Below are positions 1 to 9,667 of a DNA stretch of 64,000 bases, in pieces (within the stretch, counting starts at the first letter, position 1; every line of letters begins with the position of its first letter). The stretch lies in the NCBI GenBank assembly GCA_963668695.2, contig CAXXLQ010000004.1, forward strand, positions 3,200,001 to 3,264,000, in the 5' to 3' direction. This DNA is from Vicinamibacteria bacterium (GTDB lineage: Bacteria > Acidobacteriota > Vicinamibacteria > Marinacidobacterales > Marinacidobacteraceae). The notes below the pieces were generated by a model. It was not told where the DNA came from, searched no databases, and worked only from the letters and a program-made list of their open reading frames with translations. The position numbers and the translations under genes are program-made.

Positions 1-589
1 TCCCGTTGTAGACCCGTTCGATCCCGGCCTGGCCCACGAGATCACCGGAAGCCGCGGTCACAAACTCCTCGAGGAGGAGTTGGGCCGCAGTGACCTCCCC
101 CACGTAGCCGAGGAGATGCGCGGTAGCCACGCCGAGGGGGTAGTCCCGAGCCGGCACGAACTCCACCCGGACGCCCGGCAGTTCACGCCGGCGGGCTTCG
201 AAGAAAGCGGCTTCGGAGAAGGGGATCCCGGAGCGGACTACCGCCGGGCCGCGTGCCGCCCGCCTTTCGAGATCGGCGCGGTCCTCCTCATCAACCAGCA
301 GGAGTCCGATCTCTTCCAACTGGCCGAGCCCCGATTCGTCGGCGAGCAGAGTGAACGACGGCTCGCTTCGGGCCAGGACCGCGCCGTGTCGATCCACTAC
401 CAGCCCCCGGGGGGCGCGCCGGCGCTCGGTCTGGAGGTAGTTGTCCCGCGCCAGGTCGCTGAACTCCTCACCCCGGACGATCTGGAGCTGCCAGAAGCGG
501 ACAGTCAGCAAAATGACGAAAGCCCACAGCGGATACCGCGCGATGGCCAGTCGCCTGCGGATGCGGGAGAAGTACTCGGCCTGGATCAC
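1..589 (-). CDS. mrdA: Penicillin-binding protein 2 (5' part, runs off window start)
   Basis: Manual translation gives LWAFVILLTVRFWQLQIVRGEEFSDLARDNYLQTERRRAPRGLVVDRHG, a class B PBP N-terminus. It follows mreD; GTG start at 589 is inferred. Confidence 0.88.
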   Translation of the reverse strand, partial: MIQAEYFSRIRRRLAIARYPLWAFVILLTVRFWQLQIVRGEEFSDLARDNYLQTERRRAPRGLVVDRHGAVLARSEPSFTLLADESGLGQLEEIGLLLVDEEDRADLERRAARGPAVVRSGIPFSEAAFFEARRRELPGVRVEFVPARDYPLGVATAHLLGYVGEVTAAQLLLEEFVTAASGDLVGQAGIERVYNG

Positions 590-620
590 GAAAGGTTTCG
601 GCTCCGCCGGGGGAAGTTCC

Positions 621-1106
621 TCATGGCACTCCGTAGCCCGACGACTTCGGCCGGAGGAAACGAAGAACGAGAGCCCCGTAGATCACGGTGATCGGGATCC
701 CGAACCCCGCCGCCCCCAGCTCCTGGCGGGGAATCACGGTGAATCCGGCCACTTCACCGAGTGCCCACAGAATCAGCAGATCGGCGGCCGCGGCGAACAG
801 GAGCAGCACGGGCACTCCCACAGACCCGTCCAGCGGCGGGTGCTCGCGGGCGCGCGCCACCGCAAAAACGACGAGCGGCTTGGAAAAGCCGTTCATCCCC
901 AGCAGACCTCCGGAAAAGGAGTCCTGCAAGAGCCCTGAGACCAAACCGACTCCGATCGCGGGGCCCGGCCCGGCAAGCAGCGCTACGGCAGCGGCGGTCG
1001 CGAGCAGGAAGTCCGGCGTCACTCCTTCGGGGACTACCAGCGGCAGGACCGCTGTCTGGAGCAGGAAAGCCACGACGACCGCGCCGGCGGCTCGCAGATA
1101 GCTCAT
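621..1106 (-). CDS. mreD: Rod shape-determining protein MreD
   Basis: 161-aa hydrophobic protein with PDFLL and GLLQDSFSGGLLG motifs, between mreC and mrdA. Confidence 0.9.
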   Translation of the reverse strand: MSYLRAAGAVVVAFLLQTAVLPLVVPEGVTPDFLLATAAAVALLAGPGPAIGVGLVSGLLQDSFSGGLLGMNGFSKPLVVFAVARAREHPPLDGSVGVPVLLLFAAAADLLILWALGEVAGFTVIPRQELGAAGFGIPITVIYGALVLRFLRPKSSGYGVP

Positions 1107-1966
1107 GACCCCCGTGTCAGCGTTCCGGCAGCGGGATCCGGCGCCAGGCCCGCGTCGTTCCGCCGCTCCAGGACGAAGACCCGTTCGAGAGTGTCGAAGT
1201 CGACGGCCGGCTCGATCGCGATCTCAAGCAGCAGTCCGGCTCCCTCGTGGACCCGGGAAACCCTACCCACCAGAAGTCCCTTCGGATACAAACCTTCGAG
1301 CCCGCTCGAGATCACCTCTTCCCCCACCGCGACCTGCTGCCCCACCGGGACAAAGTGAAGCCGGTAGCCGCTGGTCCCCTCGTCGCCGGCCGCGGCGCGA
1401 ACGACCCCGCGAGTCCGGCTGGACGAAGTGATCACCGCGACGGCGGCGGTGGAGGACGACAGCAGCTCGACCTGGCTGATCCCCGGCCCTACCGCCACTA
1501 CCCGCCCGGCGAGCCCGCTCGCCGCCATCACCGGAGCGTCGCGCTCGATTCCATCTCGACTTCCCCGGTTCACGGTGACGGTCCGATCGAGCGGAGATGC
1601 GCTGACCCCGACGATTTCTCCCGAAACGGGCTCGCCCAGTCCCATCGCTTCGGCATCGAGGCTCGTGAACCCTCGGGCGCGCTCGAGCATCCCCCGCTGG
1701 ACTGTCAGTTCCCATTCCAGCCGGGCCACCCTTTCCTCCAGCTCGTCGCGAGCGATCTGCATCCCGTGGGCGTCGCGAACCGTCGCCGCCCACGACGAAA
1801 CCGCTCTGGTGGAACTCACCAGCAGGCTTTGGCCGTCTCCGAATACTGCGGCCAGCCCGTCCCGAACCGGGAAGTTGGTCCCCGTGCGCACCTGGAAGGT
1901 CAGTCCGAGGAAGTTCGCGGCCAACACGATCCCCAGGATGACTCCATGGCCGCGTTTCCCGGACAC
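1103..1966 (-). CDS. mreC: Rod shape-determining protein MreC
   Basis: N-terminal TM helix, coiled coil, VNRGSRDGI, GLAGRV and SSGLEGLYPKGLLVGRV motifs. Confidence 0.93.
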   Translation of the reverse strand: MSGKRGHGVILGIVLAANFLGLTFQVRTGTNFPVRDGLAAVFGDGQSLLVSSTRAVSSWAATVRDAHGMQIARDELEERVARLEWELTVQRGMLERARGFTSLDAEAMGLGEPVSGEIVGVSASPLDRTVTVNRGSRDGIERDAPVMAASGLAGRVVAVGPGISQVELLSSSTAAVAVITSSSRTRGVVRAAAGDEGTSGYRLHFVPVGQQVAVGEEVISSGLEGLYPKGLLVGRVSRVHEGAGLLLEIAIEPAVDFDTLERVFVLERRNDAGLAPDPAAGTLTRGS

Positions 1967-2021
1967 CGGCTGACTTCCCCGCTCCTACCGCTGCTTTCCG
2001 GCGTGCATGGACCCGGGCGTC

Positions 2022-3047
2022 CTACTCGTGCCTCGAAACCTGCTGGAGCAGGTCCATCCGTTCCAGCATGACCCCGGCGCCGTTCACGACGCAATCGAGC
2101 GGGTGTTCGGCCACCTTGACCGCCAGGTTCGTCTCATCGGCGAGCAGCTCGGGAAGTCCCTCAAGCAGCGCACCTCCACCCGTCAGGAGGATTCCGTTCT
2201 CCACCAGGTCGGCCGAGAGTTCGGGTTCGACTTTCTCGAGCACGTTCGACACCGCGTTAAGGAGCTGTTGCAGCGGGCCGCTCAAGCCCGCCCGGATGTC
2301 CTGGTCGGTCACCGTCAAGGTGGCCGGGGAAAGCCGGGAAAGATCCCGCCCGCGGATCTCCATGCTGCGCGCCTGCGTGCCCGGTCGGGCGCTGCCGAGC
2401 GCCATCTTGATTCGCTCTCCCGTCCGCTCTCCCACGAGCAGGCCATGGGACCGGCGCAGGTGTTCGATGATTCCCTGGGTGAACATGTCGCCGGCGGCAC
2501 GCACCGAAGTGCCGGCCGCGATCCCCGAAAGGGAAATCACCGCAATGTCGGTCGTTCCGCCGCCGATGTCCACTACGCAACACCCGATGGGAGTCGTGAC
2601 GTCCAGTCCGGCGCCGATGGCGGCGGCGATCGGCTGCTGCACGAGGAATACCTCGCTGGCCCTCGCCCGGAGCACGCTGTCCCGCACCGCCCGCCGTTCC
2701 ACCGGCGTGATTCGGAGAGGCACGCCGACCACCATGCGGGGGGCGGCCCACCGGCGCCGGCCCAGCGCCTTCTGCACAAAGTGGCTGATCATCCGCTCGG
2801 CAGCCTCGAAATCGGCGATCACCCCGTCCTGCATGGGGCGGATGGCCTTGATGTGGTCGGGGGTCTTGCCGACCATGTCGTACGCCTCGGCCCCGACCGC
2901 TTCCACCCGTTTCGTGACCGTATTCATGGCCACGACGGAAGGCTCGCGCAGAATGATTCCCGACTCCTGGGTGTAGATGAGGGTGTTGGCGGTCCCGAGG
3001 TCTACCGCCAGATCAACGGAGAAAAGACTGAGTAAGTATTTGAGCAT
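2022..3047 (-). CDS. mreB: Rod shape-determining protein MreB
   Basis: DLGTANT, DIGGGTTD and LTGGGALL actin-fold motifs. ATG at 3047 (MLKYLLSLFSVDLAVD). Confidence 0.96.
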   Translation of the reverse strand: MLKYLLSLFSVDLAVDLGTANTLIYTQESGIILREPSVVAMNTVTKRVEAVGAEAYDMVGKTPDHIKAIRPMQDGVIADFEAAERMISHFVQKALGRRRWAAPRMVVGVPLRITPVERRAVRDSVLRARASEVFLVQQPIAAAIGAGLDVTTPIGCCVVDIGGGTTDIAVISLSGIAAGTSVRAAGDMFTQGIIEHLRRSHGLLVGERTGERIKMALGSARPGTQARSMEIRGRDLSRLSPATLTVTDQDIRAGLSGPLQQLLNAVSNVLEKVEPELSADLVENGILLTGGGALLEGLPELLADETNLAVKVAEHPLDCVVNGAGVMLERMDLLQQVSRHE

Positions 3048-3246
3048 CAAGCAAAAGCGGAAGAGCAGGGCAGATTGCGGGAGACCGAACGGCCCAAGAT
3101 GGGGAATACGGCGGGAGCCCCGCCCCGGGAGCCCGGCCAATGGTAAAGATTACCAGCCAAGCGGCTGGCGCGACAGAGTCAAACCCGGCACTCGCGCGTT
3201 CCGGTTTGCCGCTCGGCGGTGTCTGGCGGTACCATGGCGGGTTGCC

Positions 3247-5148
3247 ATGATTCTCGAGTACTTTCGCAACCGTCGTTCCGTCGGCTGGTTCATGGGCGCC
3301 GGGCTGCTCGCCCTGGTCATTCTGGCGTTCGTCGCTCTGTATTTCCCGGACTTCATGGGCGACCCCGCGACGGCAGCGATGCGCCGGGGCGTCGCCTGGG
3401 TGGACGGACAACCGATCGCGGCCTCGACCTTTCTCGATCGGTACCGAAACGTCGCCCGCCTGTACCAGGAACAAAGTGGCGGGGAATTCTCCCCCGCCCT
3501 GGCCCGCCAACTCGGCATCCCCGATCAGGTCGTGGGAGAGCTGGTGCGCAGCCGGGTGCTCGTGCTCGAAGCCGAACGGCTCGGGCTCCAGGTCACGAAC
3601 GCCGAAGTGGGAACCAACATCGCGACCTCCCCCACCTTTCAGGAGAACGGGGTCTTCATCGGGCGGGATGCCTACCTCAGCAGGCTGCGGGCAGCCCGCC
3701 TGAACCCCAGAGACTTCGAGGACTCCGTCCGGTCGGACGTGCTGACCGAGAAGCTGCAACGGCTGATTACCGAATCCCCCCACGTGTCCGATCTCGAACT
3801 CCGGGAGGAGTATCGGCGCCGCAACGAGAACGCTTCTCTCGATCTCTGGTTCCTGACCACCGATAGCCGGCGCGGAGAGGTCGAGGTCACGGAGGTGGAC
3901 GCGCGGGCGCGCTTTGAGGCTGCCCCCGAGGCGTTCAAGGTCCCGGAGCAGCGGCGAATCCGATACCTCACGCTCTCCGAGCAGACCGTCGCCGAGGAAG
4001 TCTCCGTAAGGCAGCGCGAAATTCAGCGCTACTACAACCGCAACCTCTTCCAGTACCAGTTGGGGGAACAGGCGGAAGCCAGTCACATCCTGCTCCAGGC
4101 CGAATCAGAGGCCGACGAGGACGCAACCCGCACCCTGGCGGCCCGCCTCGCCGAACGCGCGCGCCTCGGCGAAGACTTCGCGGAACTCGCCCGGACCTAC
4201 TCCGCGGACGAGGGGACGCGGGAGGCGGGTGGAGCGCTCGGAATCTTCGGGCCGGAAGAAATGGTCCCCGAGTTCTCCGAAGCCGTCTTCAGCATGATGC
4301 CCGGCGAGATCAGCGACCCCGTCCGCACCGACTACGGTTACCACGTAGTGCGGCTCGACAACCGCCAGGCCGCCGAAACCCGCGAACTGAGCGAGGTCGA
4401 GGGGGAGATCGAGAGCCGGCTGCGGCAGGAAAAGGCCGCGACTCTTCTTGCCGAACGGGTTCTCGAACTCGGAGAGCGGGTCGGAAACGCCGACTCGCTG
4501 AGCGACCTGGCGGGCGACTACCCGCTGCTGATTCCTCAGGAGTCGGATTTCTTCTCCGCCAGCGACTCCGTCGCCGGATTCGGTTCGCTGGAACTTTCCG
4601 CTCTGGCCTTCGACCTTGAGCTCGGCGCGGTGGGCGGCCCGGTGCGGCTTGCGACCGGTTACGCATTCGTCGAGGTGCTCGAGGAACGACCGCCGCACGT
4701 CCCCGAGTTCGAGGAGATCCGCGAGCAGGTGATGGCGGATCTCGAGGAAGAGCGGGCGGAATCGCTCGCGAGGGAAGCGGGGCAGACCCTTCGTGACCGG
4801 GTCGCCGGCGGGCAGACCGTCGATACCGATCCGACTCCCCTGGAGCGCTGGTTCCGGGGCAGCGCGCTCGGCGCCGCCGGCCCGCTTCCCGGCGCTGAAG
4901 AGACGGTCTTCGGGGCGGAAATCGGAGACGTCGTTGGTCCCCTCGAAGCGGGGCGGGGCTATGCCATCGTCCGGATCAACGGAAAGGAGGGGTTTTCCGA
5001 AACCACCTTCGAGGAACAGCAGGAGCCCTTCCGGGCGCAGATGATGGAAGAGAAAAAGCAGCGCGTTTGGGCGGCTTTCGTCAGTGGCGCCGCCGAGCGC
5101 TACAACATCCGCATCGATCGCCAGGCGCTCAATGCCCTGATCGGGTAA
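3247..5148 (+). CDS. SurA N-terminal/PpiD-like parvulin peptidyl-prolyl isomerase
   Basis: N-terminal TM anchor, SurA_N-like region, ASHILL...FAELARTYSAD...GGALG...MVPEF...GYHVV rotamase motifs. Confidence 0.9.
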   Translation: MILEYFRNRRSVGWFMGAGLLALVILAFVALYFPDFMGDPATAAMRRGVAWVDGQPIAASTFLDRYRNVARLYQEQSGGEFSPALARQLGIPDQVVGELVRSRVLVLEAERLGLQVTNAEVGTNIATSPTFQENGVFIGRDAYLSRLRAARLNPRDFEDSVRSDVLTEKLQRLITESPHVSDLELREEYRRRNENASLDLWFLTTDSRRGEVEVTEVDARARFEAAPEAFKVPEQRRIRYLTLSEQTVAEEVSVRQREIQRYYNRNLFQYQLGEQAEASHILLQAESEADEDATRTLAARLAERARLGEDFAELARTYSADEGTREAGGALGIFGPEEMVPEFSEAVFSMMPGEISDPVRTDYGYHVVRLDNRQAAETRELSEVEGEIESRLRQEKAATLLAERVLELGERVGNADSLSDLAGDYPLLIPQESDFFSASDSVAGFGSLELSALAFDLELGAVGGPVRLATGYAFVEVLEERPPHVPEFEEIREQVMADLEEERAESLAREAGQTLRDRVAGGQTVDTDPTPLERWFRGSALGAAGPLPGAEETVFGAEIGDVVGPLEAGRGYAIVRINGKEGFSETTFEEQQEPFRAQMMEEKKQRVWAAFVSGAAERYNIRIDRQALNALIG

Positions 5149-5330
5149 CAGCCTGTGGATAAAGTGACGTCAGTGCAGAGACCGGTGAGGCGCCCGGCTG
5201 ACAAGGCGCGCGAGGGAGGAATACCGAGTGTATTTCGACCGAAGCGCAACGATGAGCGACGCATCGCGGCGCGGTTCAGCCGGGATGGATCGCCGGTCGA
5301 ACGCGGCGTGACTTTGTCCACAGGCTGTTA
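5146..5330. mobile_element. MITE-like repeat (single copy)
   Basis: TA-ACAGCCTGTGGATAAAGT...ACTTTGTCCACAGGCTGT-TA terminal inverted repeats. The left TA is part of the ppiD stop codon. Homologous copies occur at five other loci. Confidence 0.85.
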
Positions 5331-5343
5331 AGGGGGGCCGGCC

Positions 5344-5691
5344 ATGCAACTTGACCTCAAGGAACGATCCGGCGTGTCGCTGCTCCAACTGGGCGGCCGC
5401 CTGGTGGACGGTCATGGGGACCTGGAGCTTCGCGAGGCCGTGGACGTTCTCGTTGATTCCGGCCGGGTGCGCATCGTCGTGGACCTCAGCGGGGTGAGCG
5501 CTATCGACAGCGCCGGCCTCGGCGAACTCGTAGCCTCCGCCCGCCGCGTCGCGCGGGCCGGAGGGACCCTCAAGGCTCTTCACCCGCAGGAAAGGGTCGT
5601 GCACGTGATGAACATCGCGCGGGTGCTCCCGCTCTTCGAGGTGTTCGAAACCGAAGACGAGGCCATCGCCAGCTTCGGCCCGGACGCCTGA
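5344..5691 (+). CDS. STAS-domain anti-sigma factor antagonist
   Basis: VVDLSGVSAIDSAGLGELV phosphoserine motif; ends FETEDEAIASF. Confidence 0.92.
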   Translation: MQLDLKERSGVSLLQLGGRLVDGHGDLELREAVDVLVDSGRVRIVVDLSGVSAIDSAGLGELVASARRVARAGGTLKALHPQERVVHVMNIARVLPLFEVFETEDEAIASFGPDA

Positions 5692-5742
5692 GGAGTCCGC
5701 CCCCCTGTCGGAGCGGGTTCGGCGATCCGCGGAGAGGTCGCC

Positions 5743-7008
5743 TTGATTTCCGTCGAGGAAACGCTTCGCCGAATCCTGGAGCAGACGCCAGTGTTGCCCG
5801 CCGAGAGGGTGGGGCTCGCCTCGGCTCGCGGGCGGGTGCTGCGGGAAGCGGTGTTCGCGGATCGCGATCTGCCTCCCTTCGACCGGTCGGCGGTGGACGG
5901 TTACGCCGTCCGGGCCGCCTGCCTTGCCGGCGGCGGCCGATTGCGGATCGTGGATCAGATCCCCGCGGGCACGATGCCCCGGATCCCGGTGGGCCCCGGG
6001 GAAGCGGCGGCCGTCATGACCGGGGCCCCGATTCCGCAGGGTGCGGACGCCGCGATCATGGTGGAGGACACCGTCCGCGACGGAGATTTCGTCGGCTGGC
6101 CCGCGCCGGGCCGAAACCCTCCCCCGGTCAGGGCCGGAGACCGTATGACCGCCCGGGGCGCCGAAGTGCGCGCCGGAGCCAAACTGCTCGAAGCCGGAGG
6201 CCGCGTGTCGGCAGCGGCGCTCGGCTTGCTCGCTACCGTCGGCAAGGTGGAGGTCGCGGTCGGCCGGCGGCCGCGCGTCGCGGTCTTCTCCACCGGGGAC
6301 GAGCTCCGGCATCCGCGAACCGTCACCCCGCGCCCGGCGCAAATCCGCGACGCCAACAGCCACATGATCGCCGCGCGTTGCCGCGGCATGGGGCTTCCGA
6401 CCCGGCGGCTCGGTTCCGCACCGGATGATCCGCAGCGGCTGGCCGAGACGATCGCTTCGGGACTCGAATCCGATGTGCTCTTCATCTCCGGCGGGGTGTC
6501 CATGGGCCGCTACGACTACGTCGAACCGGTGCTCGAAGCGGCCGGGGTCCGGCTCCTCGTCACCGCCGTCGCGATCCGCCCCGGGAAGCCCTTTGTTTTT
6601 GGAATCACCGGGGAATTCCGGCCAATTCTCGTGTTCGGGCTTCCGGGAAACCCGGTCTCGGCGCTCACCACCTTCGAAGTCCTGGCGCGTCCGGCGCTCG
6701 AAAAGATGGAAGGGATCCCCGACCCGCGATCACCGCGGCCCTCCGTCCGCCTGCTCGCTCCCGTAACGCAGCACGGACCGCGCCGAGCATTCCTCCCGGC
6801 CCGGGTGGGAATCTCCGGAAACGGCGAGCTGACGGCGCAGCCGATCCGGTCCCAGGGTTCGGGCGACATCGCGGCGGTAGCGCTTGCCAACGCCCTGGTC
6901 ATCGTGCCCGAGGACGCCGGGACCATTCCGGCCGGGGAGAGCGTCGCGGCGCACCCGCTTCCAGGCTTTCCTGACGCCGGACCCGAGTGGCATGATCCCC
7001 GCCGATGA
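5743..7008 (+). CDS. moeA: Molybdopterin molybdenumtransferase MoeA
   Basis: PPFDRSAVDGYAV, MTGAPIP, STGDEL, SGGVSMG and GLPGNPVS motifs. Confidence 0.96.
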   Translation: MISVEETLRRILEQTPVLPAERVGLASARGRVLREAVFADRDLPPFDRSAVDGYAVRAACLAGGGRLRIVDQIPAGTMPRIPVGPGEAAAVMTGAPIPQGADAAIMVEDTVRDGDFVGWPAPGRNPPPVRAGDRMTARGAEVRAGAKLLEAGGRVSAAALGLLATVGKVEVAVGRRPRVAVFSTGDELRHPRTVTPRPAQIRDANSHMIAARCRGMGLPTRRLGSAPDDPQRLAETIASGLESDVLFISGGVSMGRYDYVEPVLEAAGVRLLVTAVAIRPGKPFVFGITGEFRPILVFGLPGNPVSALTTFEVLARPALEKMEGIPDPRSPRPSVRLLAPVTQHGPRRAFLPARVGISGNGELTAQPIRSQGSGDIAAVALANALVIVPEDAGTIPAGESVAAHPLPGFPDAGPEWHDPRR

Positions 7009-7517
7009 GTTCCGCCACGCCTGATCGCCCGGCGCCGGCGGTGGCGACCCTCAGCCACGTGGATTCGGGGGGAAGCGCGCGGATGGTGGACGTGGGGGCC
7101 AAACCCGTCACCGAGCGCGCCGCCGCCGCGGAGGCCTTCGTGACGGTCTCGCGGCCGGCGCTGGAACTGGCGCGGCAAGGAAACGCTCCCAAGGGCAGCG
7201 TGCTGGACACTGCCCGCCTCGCCGGCATCCAGGCCGCGAAGGCGTGCGCGACCCTGATCCCGCTCTGCCATCCCCTGCCCCTCGATCACGCCGAGGTGTC
7301 TGCCGTGTTCGAGGAGACGGGGATCCGGATCGTCGCCCGGGTCCGCTGCCGGGCTTCCACCGGCGCCGAAATGGAGGCATTGACCGCTGCCTCGGTTGCC
7401 GCGCTCACCGTCTACGACATGCTGAAGGCCGCGGATCGGGGCATGGTGATCGGCCCGGTCCGCCTCCTCGAAAAAAGCGGCGGCGCGAGCGGCCCCTGGA
7501 GAGCGGAGGATGTCTGA
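7005..7517 (+). CDS. moaC: Cyclic pyranopterin monophosphate synthase MoaC
   Basis: SHVD...ARMVDV, LIPLCHP, GAEMEALT, YDMLKA and KSGG motifs. Confidence 0.96.
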   Translation: MSSATPDRPAPAVATLSHVDSGGSARMVDVGAKPVTERAAAAEAFVTVSRPALELARQGNAPKGSVLDTARLAGIQAAKACATLIPLCHPLPLDHAEVSAVFEETGIRIVARVRCRASTGAEMEALTAASVAALTVYDMLKAADRGMVIGPVRLLEKSGGASGPWRAEDV

Positions 7518-7577
7518 GGAGCGGAGGATGTCTGAGGAGCGGAGCGGAGGATGTCTGAGGAGCGGAGGGTGCCTGAA
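7501..7577 (+). repeat. 18-bp tandem repeat GAGCGGAGGATGTCTGAG at the moaC/larE junction
   Basis: Three perfect copies, one 5-nt partial copy and one degenerate copy; each perfect unit contains GGAGG, ATG and TGA. Confidence 0.9.
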
Positions 7578-8465
7578 GACCAAAGCGGGACGGCGCTCCG
7601 AGGCACGGACGAAACGGGCGACCTGATCACCTACCGGAACGCTCTTAAAGCGATCCTCGAAGGTTGCGGTTCCGCCGTGGTCGCGCTGAGCGGCGGAGTG
7701 GACAGTGCAACGCTGGCCGTCTTCTCCCACCTCGCGCTCGGAGACCGAAGCCTCGCGGTCACCGGGGTCAGCGCCAGTCTTTCCGAATACCAGAAGACGC
7801 TGGTGGAGGGGGTCCTCCGAGCCCACCCCATGCCGCACGAATGGCTGGCAACCGACGAAATGGCGTCGGAGGAGTACCGGCAAAACGGGCCGGACCGCTG
7901 CTTTCACTGCAAGAACGAGCTCTACCGCCGCCTTCGGCAGCTCGCCGACGAGCGCGGCTTCGCCGCTGTCCTCGACGGCACGAACGCCGACGACGCCGGT
8001 GACGTCCGGCCCGGGCGGCGCGCGGCGACGCTGCTGGGGGTCCGCTCGCCGTGGCTCGAGGCCGGGATCTCCAAGGAAACCGTCCGCGCGCTGGCCCGGT
8101 CGCTCGGGGTGCCGGTAGCGGACGAACCGGCCTCCGCCTGCCTCGCCTCCCGGGTGCCTCAGCGCATTCAGATCAGCGCCGGGATCCTGGGACAGGTCGA
8201 GGCCGGCGAGGAAGCGCTCCGCGAGCTGGGGTTCTCCGCTTTCCGGGTCCGGCACCACGGAGACCTGGCCCGTATCGAGCTGCCCGCCGCCCAGATCGCG
8301 CGCGCGCTCAGCCCGGAGGTCGGCGACCGGCTGGCGGGCCGCCTCCAGCGGCTCGGATATCGCCGGGTGGCGGTCGACCTCCGCGGCTACCGGCCCGCCG
8401 GACTCGCGGCGCCGTTCGATCCAGGCCGCGATCTGGCCTTCCTGCCGGCCGCCAGCGCCGGTTAG
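7551..8465 (+). CDS. larE: ATP-dependent sulfur transferase LarE family
   Basis: SGGVDS PP-loop, RCFHCK, DGTNADD..RPG, SACLASR and RVRHHG motifs. Confidence 0.9.
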   Translation: MSEERRVPEDQSGTALRGTDETGDLITYRNALKAILEGCGSAVVALSGGVDSATLAVFSHLALGDRSLAVTGVSASLSEYQKTLVEGVLRAHPMPHEWLATDEMASEEYRQNGPDRCFHCKNELYRRLRQLADERGFAAVLDGTNADDAGDVRPGRRAATLLGVRSPWLEAGISKETVRALARSLGVPVADEPASACLASRVPQRIQISAGILGQVEAGEEALRELGFSAFRVRHHGDLARIELPAAQIARALSPEVGDRLAGRLQRLGYRRVAVDLRGYRPAGLAAPFDPGRDLAFLPAASAG

Positions 8466-8482
8466 CCAAGTCGGCCCCGGCG

Positions 8483-9589
8483 TTGTTCGAAATCCGTGTC
8501 CTCGCCGACCCCGACGAGGAGGACGCGACCGGACGCACCGTCGAGGTCCGGCTGACCGTCCGGCCGCGGCCGGATGAGGATCCGCTCGAAGATTCCCGGC
8601 TCTTCGCCGCCGGCGACCGGGAACGCATCGTGGCGTTCGTCGCCGCGATGCTCGAACGGCACGCGGGCGCTCTCCCGGCCCCCCGGCTGGAGTGTTGCCG
8701 GCGCTGTGACCGGGCGCTGGATCCCGCGGCAGAGGGGGAGGGCCGACGCCCCTTCGTCTGCGCGGACTGTCAGGCGGCTGCGTCCCGGACTTCCCCGACT
8801 TCCCGGACTTCCCCGACTTCCCGGACGGGCGATCAGCGCGGCGAAGGGGCAGGCGTCGAGGTGCGGTTTCTCGGCACCGGCGACGCCTTCGGATCCGGGG
8901 GGAAGCGACAGGCCGCGATTTTCCTGCGCGCGATCGGCAGCCGGCTCGGGCTGCTGCTCGATGCGGGGCCGGGTTGCCACGCCGCCCTCCGCGCGGAAGG
9001 CCTGTCAAGCGACGATCTCGGGGCGGTGGTCCTCAGCCACTTCCACGGAGATCACTACGGGGGGTTCCCCTTCCTCGAACTCGACGCCCTGCGGAGCGGC
9101 CGCACGGTCCCGTTCCTGGTCCTGGCGCCTCCGGGCGCGCGGGAACGCATCGAAGCCCTCCGGGAATGCCTCTACCCCAACCTCCCCATCCGCTTTGCCG
9201 AAGAGATCAGGGAAACGCTGCCCGGCGAGGTGGCCGGCTTGCCGGAGAGCGTGGGAGGCGGTTCGGCGCGAGCCTTCGCCGCTCGCCACCAACCGGAGGC
9301 GTGGGCGTTTTCATGGAAGTTCCAGGTCGGGGGCCGGACCATCGTGTACTCGGGAGACACCGGTTTCAACGATCGGCTGATTTCGGAATCCGCGGACGCC
9401 GATCTCCTGATCCACGAGTGCACCTCGCTCGAAACCCTTCCCGGCCACACGTCCCACTCGGAACTCCGGGCGGCCGCGCCCCGAATCGGTGCCCGCCGGG
9501 TCCTGTTGGTGCACACCGGCGAAGACGTGCTGGGCGCCACCGATCTGGTCTTCGAGCGCGCCCACGACGGGCTAAGGGTGATCGTTTAG
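8483..9589 (+). CDS. MBL-fold metallo-hydrolase (RNase Z-like) with N-terminal extension carrying a CxxC..CxxC motif
   Basis: FLGTGDAFGSGG, LDAG, SHFHGDH, YSGDTG, LIHECT and LVH motifs. The open frame extends upstream through CCRRC...CADC. Start is uncertain (TTG at 8483). Confidence 0.75.
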   Translation: MFEIRVLADPDEEDATGRTVEVRLTVRPRPDEDPLEDSRLFAAGDRERIVAFVAAMLERHAGALPAPRLECCRRCDRALDPAAEGEGRRPFVCADCQAAASRTSPTSRTSPTSRTGDQRGEGAGVEVRFLGTGDAFGSGGKRQAAIFLRAIGSRLGLLLDAGPGCHAALRAEGLSSDDLGAVVLSHFHGDHYGGFPFLELDALRSGRTVPFLVLAPPGARERIEALRECLYPNLPIRFAEEIRETLPGEVAGLPESVGGGSARAFAARHQPEAWAFSWKFQVGGRTIVYSGDTGFNDRLISESADADLLIHECTSLETLPGHTSHSELRAAAPRIGARRVLLVHTGEDVLGATDLVFERAHDGLRVIV

Positions 9590-9667
9590 CCCGGGATTCA
9601 TCGGCAAGACAGAGCCCCGGCGGGCGCACTGGGATGCCCTTGGCGGCGCCGCCCAGCGCCGCCGAAC

